Shown in pieces: positions 50,054 through 61,831 of a DNA stretch of 64,000 nt. Position 1 is the stretch's first letter. Every line of letters starts with the position of its first letter. This DNA comes from an uncultured Chromatiaceae bacterium (GTDB lineage: Bacteria; Pseudomonadota; Gammaproteobacteria; JAADHS01), in assembly GCA_964421045.1 (NCBI GenBank), contig CAYQVF010000005.1, positions 5,567-69,566 of the forward strand. The letters run 5' to 3'. Position numbers and translations under genes: made by a program. The notes beneath the pieces are model-generated. The model was not told where the DNA came from, ran no database searches, and worked only from the letters and a program-made list of their open reading frames with translations.

Positions 50054-52264
50054 ATGGTTACAACAGTACAAAAAATACCCGATTTTTTAGAAAATAAAAC
50101 TATAAACTGTGAAAATTGGTTCGATACCTTTGAGGTTGAATATTCACAAGAAGAGTTAGCCGCGCTTCGCCATGCCTATCATTTAGCAGAGAAATTTTGT
50201 TCCGGTATCAGTTCGATAACGGGAGAACCTGCCTTTCATTATGCTTTGGCAGTGACTGCCATTCTGATTAAAATAAAATTAGATTACCAAACTTTGATCG
50301 CCGCCCTTCTTTATGAAACCGGGATACATACTGAGCTCAGCATGAATGACATTCGACAAGGCTGTGGCGAAGATATTGCCAGGTTAGTTGAGGGCGTTGA
50401 AAAAATGGATGCGATTCATTTTATACAGATGGAGCCGCAGGAGTCGTTTAACGATGCCGCTCACGCAGAGATGTTGCGTAAAATGTTATTGGCTATGGTT
50501 GAAGATGTGCGCGTTGTTCTCGTGAAACTGGCTGACCGTGTGCAGTGTATGCGTACCTTGCCTTCAACCTCCGTACCGTATCAAGATCTAGTGGCCAGAG
50601 AGACTTTGGACTTGTTTGCGCCATTAGCAAATCGTTTGGGTATTTGGCAAATGAAATGGGAGCTGGAAGATTTGGCGTTCCGCTATATTAACCCTGATTT
50701 GTATAAAAAAATTGCTCGTCTGTTAAATGAAAAACGAATTGATAGAGAAAAATATATAGGAAAATTTACGACAACACTGGATAGCGAACTTAAAAACCTG
50801 GGTCTCGAAGCCAGCGTAACAGGGCGTCCCAAACACATTTATAGTATTTATAAAAAAATGACGCGTAAGGAAGTGGGCTATAGTCAAATTTATGATGTCA
50901 GGGCGGCTCGAGTTATGGTTAAAGAGCTCAAAGACTGTTACGCCGTTTTAGGTGTTGTACATAGTTTATGGCAATATATTCCAGGTGAATTTGATGACTA
51001 CATTGCGACGCCAAAAGATAATGATTATCGATCTCTACATACGGCTGTGATTGGTCCGTTCGGGAAAACAGTTGAGGTGCAAATTCGTACCTATGATATG
51101 CATCAACACTCTGAATATGGTGTCGCAGCACACTGGCAATATAAAGAAGGAGGGCCAAGAGAAGGGCGTTTTGAAGAAAAAATAGCTTGGCTAAGACATC
51201 TGCTGGAATGGAAAGATGAAGTTAACGATTTAAGTGATTTTGTTGAAAAAGTAAAAACCGATGTTTTTACAGACCGAGTCTATGTGTTTACGCCAAACGG
51301 TGATGTTATTGATTTGCCTAGTGGTTCGACGCCTCTGGATTTTGCCTATTATATCCATAGTGAGGTGGGTCATCGGTGTCGGGGCGCTAAAGTGAACGGT
51401 CGTATGGTGCCCTTGACTTATACCTTAAAAAATGGCGAAAAGGCAGAAATTCTTACCGTAAAGCACGGCGAACCGAGTCGAGATTGGTTAAATAAGCATT
51501 CAGGCTATTTGACTTCGGCAAAAGCACGATCAAAAGTGAGTCACTGGTTTAAGCAACAAAACATTGAAAAAATAGTATCCTCTGGACGGGATGCCATAGA
51601 AAAAGAAATGGATCGACTGGGGTTAAGTTCATTGAGTCTTGAGCGACTCAGTAAAGCAATGGATCTGCGTCCTGATGCGCTGTATGCCGCTGTAGGCCGG
51701 AATGACATTCGCTTGGGGCGGGTGACTCAGGTAGCAGAAAAATTATTAGGTCGCAGTGGAAAAAAACAACAAGCTTTGCTCATACCTCAACGAGGAAGCG
51801 CAAAAATACAAGAAAAAACGGATATTCAAATTTGTGGTGTAGGTCATCTGTTAACCCGAATATCGCGATGTTGTAAGCCCGTTCCTGGCGATGAAATCAT
51901 TGGGTATATCACCCGAGGAAGAGGTGTCGCCATACATCGAACGGATTGCATTCATGTGTTACGTTATCATTCTACTTCACCGGAGCGACTGATTGAGGTA
52001 CGTTGGGGTCAAGGAAATGAAAAAACCTACCCAGTTGGTATTGCCGTGACGGCCTATGATCGATCCGGGTTATTACGGGACATCTCTTCGGTACTGGCCA
52101 ATGAAGGCATCAATGTTTTGTCTGTAGAAACACACTCCATTGCTAAATCACATATGGCACAAATGAATTTAATTTTAGAGGTCAGCGATTTGGAAAAATT
52201 AAGTCGTATTTTAGAAAAAATAACGCAATTACCAAATGTGGTCGGTGCAAGGCGAAAAAGATAA
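50054..52264 (+). CDS. relA: (p)ppGpp synthetase I
   Basis: Degenerate HD (ALLYET), GRPKHIYSI, YRSLHT, EVQIRT, TGS and ACT domains. Confidence 0.95.
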   Translation: MVTTVQKIPDFLENKTINCENWFDTFEVEYSQEELAALRHAYHLAEKFCSGISSITGEPAFHYALAVTAILIKIKLDYQTLIAALLYETGIHTELSMNDIRQGCGEDIARLVEGVEKMDAIHFIQMEPQESFNDAAHAEMLRKMLLAMVEDVRVVLVKLADRVQCMRTLPSTSVPYQDLVARETLDLFAPLANRLGIWQMKWELEDLAFRYINPDLYKKIARLLNEKRIDREKYIGKFTTTLDSELKNLGLEASVTGRPKHIYSIYKKMTRKEVGYSQIYDVRAARVMVKELKDCYAVLGVVHSLWQYIPGEFDDYIATPKDNDYRSLHTAVIGPFGKTVEVQIRTYDMHQHSEYGVAAHWQYKEGGPREGRFEEKIAWLRHLLEWKDEVNDLSDFVEKVKTDVFTDRVYVFTPNGDVIDLPSGSTPLDFAYYIHSEVGHRCRGAKVNGRMVPLTYTLKNGEKAEILTVKHGEPSRDWLNKHSGYLTSAKARSKVSHWFKQQNIEKIVSSGRDAIEKEMDRLGLSSLSLERLSKAMDLRPDALYAAVGRNDIRLGRVTQVAEKLLGRSGKKQQALLIPQRGSAKIQEKTDIQICGVGHLLTRISRCCKPVPGDEIIGYITRGRGVAIHRTDCIHVLRYHSTSPERLIEVRWGQGNEKTYPVGIAVTAYDRSGLLRDISSVLANEGINVLSVETHSIAKSHMAQMNLILEVSDLEKLSRILEKITQLPNVVGARRKR

Positions 52265-52899
52265 TGTCAATTTTTGATCTGAATTGTAAAAAATGTGCTC
52301 GGTTGTCTGGATTTTTGGAAAACTTAAGGCAAGATTATCCAGATTACCATAATTTACCGGTTGCTCCTTTTGGGGTAAAGCAGCCTCAATTACTCGTTGT
52401 GGGTTTGGCGCCGGGTATGCATGGTGCCAATGCGACAGGGCGGCCGTTCACCGGGGATCATGCTGGTATTTTGTTGTATGAGACGTTGTATCAATATAGC
52501 TTCAGCATCGCGCCCGTGTCTGTTTCAAAAATGGATGGCTTGAAATTAATCCAGTGCTGTATTACTAATGCGGTTAAGTGTTTACCGCCGGAAAATAAAC
52601 CCTCCACGTCGGAGATTAACGAGTGTAATCAATTTTTACGTCATGAGATTACATCGATAAAAAAGGAGGCGGTGATTCTTGCGTTGGGCACGATTGCTCA
52701 TAAGGCAGTACTGCGTGCTTTTGATTACAAACAAAGTAAATACAAGTTTTCTCATGGCGCTCAATATCAGTTGGACAATAACTTTATTTTGCTCGACTCT
52801 TACCATTGTAGCCGCTATAACACGCAAACGAAGCGTTTGACCACTGATATGTTTCAGCAAATATTTCAGCAAGCGCGAATAATTATTGATGCATTTTGA
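52264..52899 (+). CDS. Uracil-DNA glycosylase family 5 (UdgB-like)
   Basis: CKKCARL, GLAPGMHGANATGRPFTGD, SYHCSRYNTQT. Confidence 0.9.
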   Translation: MSIFDLNCKKCARLSGFLENLRQDYPDYHNLPVAPFGVKQPQLLVVGLAPGMHGANATGRPFTGDHAGILLYETLYQYSFSIAPVSVSKMDGLKLIQCCITNAVKCLPPENKPSTSEINECNQFLRHEITSIKKEAVILALGTIAHKAVLRAFDYKQSKYKFSHGAQYQLDNNFILLDSYHCSRYNTQTKRLTTDMFQQIFQQARIIIDAF

Positions 52900-54712
52900 T
52901 AGTGCCGCTTTTCTTGGTCAATTGACTACTCGCCCCGGCATCTATCAAATGCAAGGTGCGAAGGGCGATGTTTTATATGTAGGGAAAGCAAAAAATCTAA
53001 AAAAAAGGGTGGAAAGTTATTTTTCGGGTCAGCCTTTGCCGACTAAAACCATGATGATGGTGAAGCAAATAGTTAATATAGATGTGATTGTTACTCATAC
53101 CGAAAGTGAGGCATTATTGCTTGAAAATAATCTGATCAAGGAATATAAACCAAAATATAATATCTTGCTAAGAGATGATAAAAGTTTTCCTTACTTATTT
53201 CTATCAACAGAACACGCGTTCCCACGCTTAAGTTTTCATCGTGGTGCAAAAAGAAAAAAAGGCCGCTATTTTGGCCCTTACCCGAGTGCGGGAGCAGTCA
53301 GAGACAGTTTACAGCTTTTGCAAAAAGTATTTCCTGTGCGTCAGTGCGAAGATAGTTTTTATCAAAATCGTTCTCGACCTTGTCTTCAATATCAAATAAA
53401 ACGGTGCGCTGCACCTTGTGTTGATTTAATTAGCCAGGAAGCTTACCAGGCGGATGTTAATCATACGATTCTATTTTTAGAGGGGAAAAGTCAGCAGCTG
53501 ATAGAGCAGCTTATTAAGACCATGAATAGTGCGGCAGAAGCATTGCACTATGAAGTAGCGGCCCGTTATCGCGATCAAATAGCGCAGTTGCGCCGGGTGT
53601 CTGAAAAGCAATATGTTTCTGGAAGTGGTGGGGATATTGACGTGGTTGCCTGCGTTTCAGAAGGTGGGATGGTCTGTGTACAGGTCTTTTTTATTCGTAG
53701 TGGACGTAATCTGGGCAGTAAGACTTTTTTTCCAAAGCAGGCCAAAAATGCGACTGCCGGGGATGTGCTTGCCGCTTTTTTGCCCCAATATTACCTAGGC
53801 AAATCCCCGCCCTCAGAAATCATTATTAACTGTGCCTTGGCTGATGAAGTGCTTTTGTCCGATGTGCTTGGTGAGCAGGCGGGGTATAAAGTCATCGTGA
53901 AGTCCAGAGTGCGCAGTGAGCGTGCTCGTTGGCTGACTATGGCAGCAGACAATGCCAGAGAATCAATTGTAATGCAGCTGACTAATCGTGCTGGAAGTCA
54001 AAAGCGACTTGAGGCACTGCAAGAGGTATTAAAGCTCGACGAATTGCCACAACGATTAGAATGTTTTGATGTCAGTCATACTCAAGGAGAGGGGACGGTG
54101 GCCTCGTGTGTGGTTTTTGAAATGGGAGAGCCCTATAAAAGTGATTATCGCCGCTTTAATATCAAAAATATTACTCTAGGAGATGATTACGCGGCGATGC
54201 GTCAAGCTTTAAAAAGACGTTATCAACGGCTTAAAGAAGAATCTGCCAAGCTGCCTGATATTTTGTTTATTGATGGCGGCAAAGGGCAGTTTAACATTGC
54301 AAAAGCGGTTCTTGAGGAAGTGCAGTTGAATGGGGTGATGTTAATCGGCGTGTCAAAAGGAGAAGGGCGAAAACCTGGCCTGGAAACATTACATATTGAG
54401 GGGTTTGAGGGTGGGGTAAAGTTGCCGGCTGATTCACCTGCCTTGCATCTTGTGCAGCAGGTACGTGATGAAGCGCATCGTTTTGCGATTACGGGTCATC
54501 GCCAGCGCCGTGCTAAAATACGGACGACCTCTACCCTGGAAGGTGTTCCTGGATTAGGTCCTAAAAGAAGAAGAGTCTTATTGAGCCATTTTGGCGGTCT
54601 CCAAGAGGTTATGCGTGCTGGAATCGATGATCTCGCGGGTGTGCCGGGTATCAGTCGTCAATTGGCACAAAAAATATATGATTTTTTCCACGTAGAGAGG
54701 AATGGTTCGTAG
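52886..54712 (+). CDS. uvrC: Excinuclease ABC subunit C
   Basis: GIY-YIG (PGIY..YVGKAK), ECFDVSH, IDGGKGQ, RDEAHRFAI, HhH. Confidence 0.97.
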   Translation: MMHFDSAAFLGQLTTRPGIYQMQGAKGDVLYVGKAKNLKKRVESYFSGQPLPTKTMMMVKQIVNIDVIVTHTESEALLLENNLIKEYKPKYNILLRDDKSFPYLFLSTEHAFPRLSFHRGAKRKKGRYFGPYPSAGAVRDSLQLLQKVFPVRQCEDSFYQNRSRPCLQYQIKRCAAPCVDLISQEAYQADVNHTILFLEGKSQQLIEQLIKTMNSAAEALHYEVAARYRDQIAQLRRVSEKQYVSGSGGDIDVVACVSEGGMVCVQVFFIRSGRNLGSKTFFPKQAKNATAGDVLAAFLPQYYLGKSPPSEIIINCALADEVLLSDVLGEQAGYKVIVKSRVRSERARWLTMAADNARESIVMQLTNRAGSQKRLEALQEVLKLDELPQRLECFDVSHTQGEGTVASCVVFEMGEPYKSDYRRFNIKNITLGDDYAAMRQALKRRYQRLKEESAKLPDILFIDGGKGQFNIAKAVLEEVQLNGVMLIGVSKGEGRKPGLETLHIEGFEGGVKLPADSPALHLVQQVRDEAHRFAITGHRQRRAKIRTTSTLEGVPGLGPKRRRVLLSHFGGLQEVMRAGIDDLAGVPGISRQLAQKIYDFFHVERNGS

Positions 54713-55283
54713 CATGTTTACTTTGCCAACAATGTTAACGTTTGCAAGAATTGGGTTGATTCCTGTTTTTATTGTCGTTTTTTTTCTGCCTTACGAATGG
54801 TCACATATTGCAACTGCATTAATCTTTGGTTTAGCCTCAATTACGGACTGGGTTGATGGTTATCTCGCCCGAAAATGGAACCAAACCTCCGCATTTGGCG
54901 CTTTTTTAGATCCCGTTGCAGATAAACTAATGGTGGCTGTTATCCTAGTTCTATTGGTTCAAGCGAACCCAACGCCCCTGTTGGCCATCCCTGCTGCGGT
55001 GATTATTTGTCGAGAAATTGCGGTCTCCGCATTGCGGGAATGGATGGCTGAAATAGGCGAAAGAACTCAGGTGTCAGTTTCGACAATGGGAAAATACAAA
55101 ACAACTTTTCAAATGATTGCTTTGTTCATGCTTTTATATAGTCAGGATATTTTAGGCTTGCCTACGAAGGCATTAGGGTTAATCATGCTGTATATTGCTG
55201 CGGCACTCACCTTATGGTCGATGATTGTCTATATTCGTGCAGCATGGCCAATTTTACTAGCAAACAATGAGACTAAAGGCTGA
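54702..55283 (+). CDS. pgsA: CDP-diacylglycerol-glycerol-3-phosphate 3-phosphatidyltransferase
   Basis: TDWVDGYLARK...GAFLDPVADK. Confidence 0.96.
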   Translation: MVRSMFTLPTMLTFARIGLIPVFIVVFFLPYEWSHIATALIFGLASITDWVDGYLARKWNQTSAFGAFLDPVADKLMVAVILVLLVQANPTPLLAIPAAVIICREIAVSALREWMAEIGERTQVSVSTMGKYKTTFQMIALFMLLYSQDILGLPTKALGLIMLYIAAALTLWSMIVYIRAAWPILLANNETKG

Positions 55284-55350
55284 AAATTGTGTGATTACAT
55301 TGGCAACTGACTGATTATAAACAAAGTTCATTCTATTGTCATGTTTGCTC

Positions 55351-55378
55351 TTGACAGATTTTTGTTTGCGATTAGAAT
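55351..55378 (+). promoter_or_regulatory. sigma-70 promoter of the tRNA operon
   Basis: TTGACA-16 nt-TAGAAT, 21 nt before tRNA-Gly. Confidence 0.8.
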
Positions 55379-55399
55379 ACCTACTTCTTGAGAAGTAGC

Positions 55400-55475
<76 letters not shown>

Positions 55476-55484
55476 ATTCTCAAA

Positions 55485-55614
55485 TATGCCTGTGGCGTTT
55501 GAGATTTAGGTGTTAGTGTGAATCCTATTTATTTCATGGTAAGGTGAAATGACGAGGTGTAGTCTGCCATTGAAGAGGGCGTGCAATTAAATCTAAATCT
55601 CAGGCATGGGTATA
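55485..55614. mobile_element. Family-A element in the tRNA spacer
   Basis: tatgcctgtggcgtttgagatttaggtgtt...aatctaaatctcaggcatGGGTATA. Confidence 0.75.
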
Positions 55615-55636
55615 GGTTAGTAAACTGGTGGTACTG

Positions 55637-55710
55637 GGCTGGGTGGCAGAGTGGCTATGCAGCGGCCTGCAAAGCCGTGGACGCCGGTTCGATTCCGGCC
55701 CCAGCCTCCA
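55637..55710 (+). tRNA. tRNA-Cys(GCA)
   Basis: GGCTGGG...CTGCAAA...GGTTCGATTCC...CCAGCCTCCA. Confidence 0.97.
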
Positions 55711-55823
55711 ATCACTCGTAGCGTCACCTCGTGTAATTTATCGATCATTGTCTATTGTTTAGGGTTCTTTCTCACGGATAGAAACAAGCAAGAGGGTCTA
55801 TTTTAACAGCCATCACCTGCTAT

Positions 55824-55910
55824 GCCCGGGTGGCGAAATTGGTAGACGCAAGGGACTTAAAATCCCTCGGAGGAAACTCCGTGCCGGTTCGATTCCGGCC
55901 CCGGGCACCA
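55824..55910 (+). tRNA. tRNA-Leu(TAA)
   Basis: GCCCGGG...CTTAAAA, long variable arm, CCGGGCACCA. Confidence 0.97.
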
Positions 55911-55971
55911 TATTTTTTACAGCGCTATTTGCCTTGACGTTCTCTTTCACCGTGTGAGTCTGTGTCGTTCT

Positions 55972-56382
55972 TTAATAACCCGCTTTGATGTGATCTATTG
56001 TGATTTGTAAAAATGTACGCCACTGTTGTTCCATGGCGGGTGTGAATTCAGGATCAAGTTCGGCAAAGACCGTCATTAAGCTGTCAAGCCAATAGATATA
56101 TAAGTGTGGAGAAATATCTAGATTATGCCGGGTGTGGCTGCTGCGTATTTTATTGATCGCTTGTTTGGCGACGACATTATCTTCGGGAAAGAGTAGAGAT
56201 AAAGCAAGAGATTGTTCTAGCAGATTGTATTGTTTTTTTAAGTTTGTATTGGCAAATTTAGCAGAAATTTCTGGTGAGCTGGCCATGAGAATCTCATAAA
56301 ACCGGGGTAAAAATTCTGATTTGGCAACAACACGACCGAAGCTTTGCTTCAGTACGTGAGGGTCGGTACCGGCTGCAGTCAT
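55972..56382 (-). CDS. Single-domain globin
   Basis: QSFGR..F..RFYE...KFANT..KQ, proximal His (SSH), LY..W. Confidence 0.8.
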   Translation of the reverse strand: MTAAGTDPHVLKQSFGRVVAKSEFLPRFYEILMASSPEISAKFANTNLKKQYNLLEQSLALSLLFPEDNVVAKQAINKIRSSHTRHNLDISPHLYIYWLDSLMTVFAELDPEFTPAMEQQWRTFLQITIDHIKAGY

Positions 56383-56494
56383 GTTATAGATCCCTTTAAG
56401 TTATTGCTATTGGTATGAGTATAGCGACGTCTGTGTTTTAAATTAAAGGACGGTACAGAGATTAAGCCTTAAAAAATGCCATCGAACCTTAATT

Positions 56495-57352
56495 TCAGGT
56501 GTTTATTTTGGCTTCGTAGCTGGACAGCGTATTTTCAAGTAGTGTTGCCACTGTCATGGGTCCCACTCCGCCAGGTACGGGCGTGATCCAACCCGCTCGA
56601 TTCGCCGCGACGGCAAAATCAAGGTCCCCCGTGATTTTGCCGTCGTTACGCCTGTTGATTCCAATATCAATGACAGTGGCGCCGAGTTTAATCCATTTGC
56701 TGTTGACAATGTCGGGTTTGCCTACGGCAACCACAAGAATGTCTGCTTGCGTGACGTGTTTTTCAAGGTTTTCAGTGAAGCGATGGCAGGTCGTGACGGT
56801 GGCTCCAGCTAATAATAGTTCCAGTAACATCGGACGACCCACATGGTTCGATGCACCAACAATCACTGCATAAGCGCCTTTTATTCTTGTTTCAGTGTGG
56901 TGGAGTAAGGTCATCACGCCCGCAGGCGTACATGAGCGTAAAGTAGGTAATCGTACGGCTAAACGGCCAATGTTATAAGGGTGGAAGCCGTCTACATCTT
57001 TTTCTGGATGGATAGATTCTATGATTGTTTCAGTATCAATGTGTGGAGGCAAGGGCAATTGCACGAGAATGCCGTCGATGGTTTCGTCTTCGTTTAATTG
57101 TTCAATCAGCGTGATGAGTTCTTTTTGAGAAATGTCTGGAGAGAGGTCTATGGCTTTTGACGCTATTCCCGCAGTGGCGCAGGCTTTGCGTTTATTGGTG
57201 ACATAAATTTCTGACGCCGGGTCGCTGCCAACCAGGAGCACCGCGAGTCCAGGTGCGCGTCTTCCTGCTGCTATATGTTCGTTAACGCGCGATTGGATCG
57301 TTTCACGTATTCCGAGAGCAATGGTTTTTCCGTCTATAATACGTGCTGTCAT
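56495..57352 (-). CDS. folD: Methylenetetrahydrofolate dehydrogenase/cyclohydrolase
   Basis: [28 protein letters not shown]. Confidence 0.97.
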   Translation of the reverse strand: MTARIIDGKTIALGIRETIQSRVNEHIAAGRRAPGLAVLLVGSDPASEIYVTNKRKACATAGIASKAIDLSPDISQKELITLIEQLNEDETIDGILVQLPLPPHIDTETIIESIHPEKDVDGFHPYNIGRLAVRLPTLRSCTPAGVMTLLHHTETRIKGAYAVIVGASNHVGRPMLLELLLAGATVTTCHRFTENLEKHVTQADILVVAVGKPDIVNSKWIKLGATVIDIGINRRNDGKITGDLDFAVAANRAGWITPVPGGVGPMTVATLLENTLSSYEAKINT

Positions 57353-57565
57353 GCCGAAGTCGAATCGCTAGGAATGAAAAGAAAGCGCGTATTGTAACGA
57401 TTTCTTGCAAGCGATGCCAAAGTAGTTCGAAAAAGACCTTTGAGCTTAGAGTTGTAATAATAAACTTAGCGGCGTTTGGTGCAGCGAAGAGGGTATACGA
57501 TCACGTGGAGAAATTGCGTAAATAATGTTAAAATTCAACGTAATTTTGTATTGAGGAGCTGGTTT

Positions 57566-58969
57566 GTGTCGGGAAAAACGCTTTATGATAAGCTATGGGA
57601 AGCGCACGTTGTTCGAGAGAATGAAGAGGATGCTTGCCTTGTATATATAGATCGCCATTTAATTCATGAAGTGACTTCTCCTCAAGCTTTTGAAGGATTA
57701 CGTCTGGCCGGGCGCAAGCCCCGGCGGGTTGCGGCGAATCTGGCTATGCCTGACCACAATATACCCACAACAAATCGTTGTCAGGGCATAATCGATCCCG
57801 TTGCCCGATTGCAAGTTGAGACGCTGGATAAAAACTGTGAAGCTTTTGCGATTGAAGAATTTCGTACCGATGACCCGCGTCAAGGTATTGTGCATGTCGT
57901 TGGGCCGGAGCAGGGTGCAACTTTGCCGGGTATGACCGTAGTCTGTGGTGATTCTCACACCTCTACCCATGGCGCTTTAGGTGCCTTAGCACATGGTATT
58001 GGGACTTCTGAAGTGGAGCACGTGTTGGCAACGCAGTGCTTGATTCAGAAAAAATCTAAAAATATGCGCATAGAAGTTAACGGTAAACTGGGTGTGGGCG
58101 TGTCAGCTAAGGATGTTGTTTTGGCGATCATTGGTGAGATAGGCACCGCTGGTGGTACGGGTTATGCTATTGAGTTTGCCGGTGAAGTGATCCGTGAGCT
58201 CTCGATAGAAGGTCGCATGACCGTTTGCAATATGACAATTGAGGCCGGTGCTCGTGCGGGTATGGTCGCTGTCGATGATAAAACGATAGAGTATGTCAAG
58301 GGTCGGCCTTTTGCACCCTCTGCGGCGGTATGGCAGCGGGCTGTTGAGGCTTGGCGTGATTTACATAGTGATGATGACGCCCGGTTTGATAAAGTGGTGC
58401 AGATTGATGGGAGCGCTATTCAGCCTCAAGTGACATGGGGAACTTCGCCAGAAATGGTTCTATCTGTGGCGGATGTCGTCCCCGATCCTCAAAAGGAACG
58501 TGATCCTGTCAAGCGGGGTGGTATAGAAAGAGCCTTGGCTTATATGGGGTTGACAGCCGGCACCGCGATGACGGACATTGCTATCGATGCGGTTTTTATT
58601 GGCTCCTGTACGAATTCCCGTATTGAAGATTTACGTCAAGCAGCAGCGGTGATTCGAGGGCGTACCATTGCGTCTCGCGTAAAGCAGGCTTTGGTGGTTC
58701 CCGGCTCAGGTTTGGTCAAACAACAAGCTGAAGCGGAAGGTTTACATGATATTTTTACTACGGCTGGTTTTTCATGGCGTGAACCGGGTTGTTCGATGTG
58801 TCTGGCGATGAATGCCGATCGTTTGCAGCCACAGGAACGCTGTGCCTCGACTTCAAATCGAAACTTTGAAGGCCGTCAAGGTCCAGGAGGGCGAACACAC
58901 CTTGTTAGTCCGGCAATGGCCGCTGCGGCTGCGATAGCTGGTCATTTTGTTGATGTGAGCGTAGGGTAA
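57566..58969 (+). CDS. leuC: 3-isopropylmalate dehydratase large subunit
   Basis: [38 protein letters not shown]; GTG start with GAGGAG. Confidence 0.97.
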   Translation: MSGKTLYDKLWEAHVVRENEEDACLVYIDRHLIHEVTSPQAFEGLRLAGRKPRRVAANLAMPDHNIPTTNRCQGIIDPVARLQVETLDKNCEAFAIEEFRTDDPRQGIVHVVGPEQGATLPGMTVVCGDSHTSTHGALGALAHGIGTSEVEHVLATQCLIQKKSKNMRIEVNGKLGVGVSAKDVVLAIIGEIGTAGGTGYAIEFAGEVIRELSIEGRMTVCNMTIEAGARAGMVAVDDKTIEYVKGRPFAPSAAVWQRAVEAWRDLHSDDDARFDKVVQIDGSAIQPQVTWGTSPEMVLSVADVVPDPQKERDPVKRGGIERALAYMGLTAGTAMTDIAIDAVFIGSCTNSRIEDLRQAAAVIRGRTIASRVKQALVVPGSGLVKQQAEAEGLHDIFTTAGFSWREPGCSMCLAMNADRLQPQERCASTSNRNFEGRQGPGGRTHLVSPAMAAAAAIAGHFVDVSVG

Positions 58970-59050
58970 AAGAGCCGGGTGTTTGAGGTTTTTCGCTACG
59001 GGTTAGTTCATGTGACAAAAACACACAACGACCCATTTTTTTGATCCTAA

Positions 59051-59232
59051 GGGTCTGTAAAGAAATAATTTAGCATTCTGCGCCGGGTAGCATTTTGTCT
59101 CTAAAGCGCTCAAAGGTGCACATTCCAAGGGCACTTCTTTCAGGGTAAATGCTCGTTGTATGTCATCCTTTGAGTAACACGGGCGACGGAATGATAGGCC
59201 AGCAGAATGTTAAGTTATTTATTCACAAGGCC
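59051..59232. mobile_element. MITE with ~31-bp TIRs and TAA duplication
   Basis: gggtctgtaaagaaataatttagcattctgc / gcagaatgttaagttatttattcacaaggcc, flanked by TAA. Confidence 0.7.
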
Positions 59233-59254
59233 TAACTACTAATAAGGGAGTATC

Positions 59255-59833
59255 ATGCGCAAGCCTATTTTATTACTATCGGGGTTTCTTCTTTTAACGC
59301 TCTTGATTGCTGCTTGTAGTAATTCGGAGATTCGCAAAGATTCTCCAGCATCGACATTGCTGGGTAATGACGCCTACTTGAAAGTCAATATCTGGTATGA
59401 ACATCCCCTGAAAATTCTCTCAACCAACTACCATAAAGGCGTTATGTTAAAAATAGGAGATAAATTTAAAATTATCGATGTCAGTGGTAAAAAAATAATT
59501 TTCAGTGATGAAAATGGCATCGAGTACGCCATTATTTACAACCGAGGACATACTCTGGTTAGCATGGCTGATCTGTTTTCTCGTACTTTTGGTAAAGTCA
59601 GTGTGCTGGAGCCGGGAGGCGCTTTTTCAAAGTTTTCCGAAATGGAGCAGCAAAATATTCGTCAAGGTAAGGTCGCCAAAGGGATGAGTAAAAATGCCGT
59701 TGTCATGGCTTTCGGTTACCCGCCCGAACATCGTACTTCGACCAGAAAAGCGGATGTCTGGACGTATTGGCGAAATAGATTTGTTACAAACAGTGTCACC
59801 TTTGAAGACGATAAAGTGGTTTCCTTTCGCTGA
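59255..59833 (+). CDS. Lipoprotein of unknown function with BamE/SmpA-like C-terminal motif
   Basis: Lipobox IAAC; GMSKNAVVMAFGYPP...WTYW...VTFEDDKV. Confidence 0.75.
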   Translation: MRKPILLLSGFLLLTLLIAACSNSEIRKDSPASTLLGNDAYLKVNIWYEHPLKILSTNYHKGVMLKIGDKFKIIDVSGKKIIFSDENGIEYAIIYNRGHTLVSMADLFSRTFGKVSVLEPGGAFSKFSEMEQQNIRQGKVAKGMSKNAVVMAFGYPPEHRTSTRKADVWTYWRNRFVTNSVTFEDDKVVSFR

Positions 59834-60088
59834 ACGAGGAACATAAAGGTGGCGCATATTCACGTGCAAGTAAGTTATAAATTATCAACGAGCATGCTAT
59901 GAAAAACAATACAATCTGGCCCCCTTGAGATAGGCATGGCACGCTGTATTTCCCTTTTTCTGTGTTGAAAAAGGCTAGAAAACACGGCCTTGTGAGCGAT
60001 TTTCAAGTTATTTGAGTGAGACCTAGATATTGTAAATACGAGCATTTTCAATATCTAGATGGGAATGTAATATTTTTAGGTGTGATAT

Positions 60089-60739
60089 ATGGACGCTTTT
60101 GTAGAAACAACAGGCATTGTGATGCCATTAGACCGGCATAATGTTGATACTGACGCCATTATTCCAAAGCAATTTTTAAAATCGATCAAACGAACCGGAT
60201 TTGGTGCGAATTTATTTGATGAATGGCGTTATTTAGATCATGGTGAGCCGAGTAAAGACAATAGTCAGCGTCCACTGAATAAAAACTTTATATTGAATCA
60301 GGCACGTTACCAGGGTGCAACGGTGTTATTGGTGCGTAGCAATTTTGGCTGTGGGTCGTCACGTGAGCATGCGCCATGGGCTTTGCTGGACTATGGTTTT
60401 AAAGTTATTGTTGGCTCAAGTTTTGCAGATATTTTTTATAATAACTGTTTTAAGAATGGGATTTTACCCATTGTATTAAATGAATCGCAGATCGATGACT
60501 TGTTTAAACAAGTCATCGAAAAAGAGGCTTATTCGTTAACGGTAAATCTTGAACGACGTGTTATTACCGCCCCAGGCGGGGCTAATATACCTTTTGAGAT
60601 TGAAAAATTCAGGCAGCATTGTTTACTCAATGGATTGGATGATATTGCTCTAACCATAGAGCATATTTCGGCTATTGAAGCTTACGAGCAGCGTCGCCGA
60701 AAAGAAACACCTTGGTTGTTTGCGGGTGACAAGGGATGA
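60089..60739 (+). CDS. leuD: 3-isopropylmalate dehydratase small subunit
   Basis: [30 protein letters not shown]. Confidence 0.97.
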   Translation: MDAFVETTGIVMPLDRHNVDTDAIIPKQFLKSIKRTGFGANLFDEWRYLDHGEPSKDNSQRPLNKNFILNQARYQGATVLLVRSNFGCGSSREHAPWALLDYGFKVIVGSSFADIFYNNCFKNGILPIVLNESQIDDLFKQVIEKEAYSLTVNLERRVITAPGGANIPFEIEKFRQHCLLNGLDDIALTIEHISAIEAYEQRRRKETPWLFAGDKG

Positions 60740-60742
60740 AGT

Positions 60743-61831
60743 ATGACCAATAAAATAGCAGTTTTGCCAGGGGATGGCATCGGTCCCGAAATTGTCAGTG
60801 AAGCGGTCAAAGTACTGAATTGTTTACAATCAGAATTTGGTTTGGCTGTCGAAATGGAGAACGGACTGATAGGGGGGGGGGCTTATGATGAAGTAGGTCA
60901 CCCTTTTCCTGACGCAACACGTGATTTAGCACGCGCTGCTGATGCGGTGCTGCTGGGGGCGGTTGGTGGTGTGAAATGGGAGTCTCTTGATATCTCTATA
61001 CGCCCGGAAAAAGGGTTATTGGCCATACGCTCGGACCTGGGATTGTTTGCGAATTTACGCCCCGCATTATTGTATCCACAGTTGGCTAGCGCTTCGACAT
61101 TAAAGCCTGAAGTTGTTGCTGGATTGGATATCATGATTGTGCGAGAGCTGACTGGTGGTATTTATTTTGGACAACCCCGTGGGGTACGGACGTTGGATAA
61201 TGGTGAACGTCAGGGTTATAACACGCTCATTTATAAAGAATCAGAAATAAGTCGTATTGGTAAGGTAGCTTTTGATATCGCCCAAAAAAGAGGGAGAAAA
61301 GTTTGTTCTGTTGATAAAGCAAATGTTCTAGAGTGTACTGAATTATGGCGTGAGGTGATGATCGATGTCTCTAAAAATTATAGGGATATAAAATTGAGCC
61401 ATATGTATGTTGATAATGCGGCTATGCAGTTAGTGCGAGCCCCTAAACAGTTTGATGTGGTGGTGACGAGTAACTTGTTTGGTGATATCCTCTCTGATTG
61501 TGCTGCTATGTTGACAGGCTCCATTGGTATGTTGCCATCCGCTTCTTTAAATGAGTCTGGTAAGGGGATGTATGAACCTATTCATGGATCGGCTCCCGAT
61601 ATTGCAGGCAAAGGTTTGGCGAATCCGCTAGCAACACTGCTCTCTGTTGCTATGTTGTTACGTTATACCTTGAATGAAATGCCGTTGGCCGATCAGCTTG
61701 AGCAAGCTGTGAATCAAGTGCTGGATGAAGGGTTGCGAACACCCGATATCTATACTGATGGCATGAATAAAGTAGGAACAGCTCAAATGGGTGATGCGGT
61801 TGTGGATGCATTAAGAGAGGCTGCAAAATAA
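60743..61831 (+). CDS. leuB: 3-isopropylmalate dehydrogenase
   Basis: [35 protein letters not shown]. Confidence 0.97.
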   Translation: MTNKIAVLPGDGIGPEIVSEAVKVLNCLQSEFGLAVEMENGLIGGGAYDEVGHPFPDATRDLARAADAVLLGAVGGVKWESLDISIRPEKGLLAIRSDLGLFANLRPALLYPQLASASTLKPEVVAGLDIMIVRELTGGIYFGQPRGVRTLDNGERQGYNTLIYKESEISRIGKVAFDIAQKRGRKVCSVDKANVLECTELWREVMIDVSKNYRDIKLSHMYVDNAAMQLVRAPKQFDVVVTSNLFGDILSDCAAMLTGSIGMLPSASLNESGKGMYEPIHGSAPDIAGKGLANPLATLLSVAMLLRYTLNEMPLADQLEQAVNQVLDEGLRTPDIYTDGMNKVGTAQMGDAVVDALREAAK

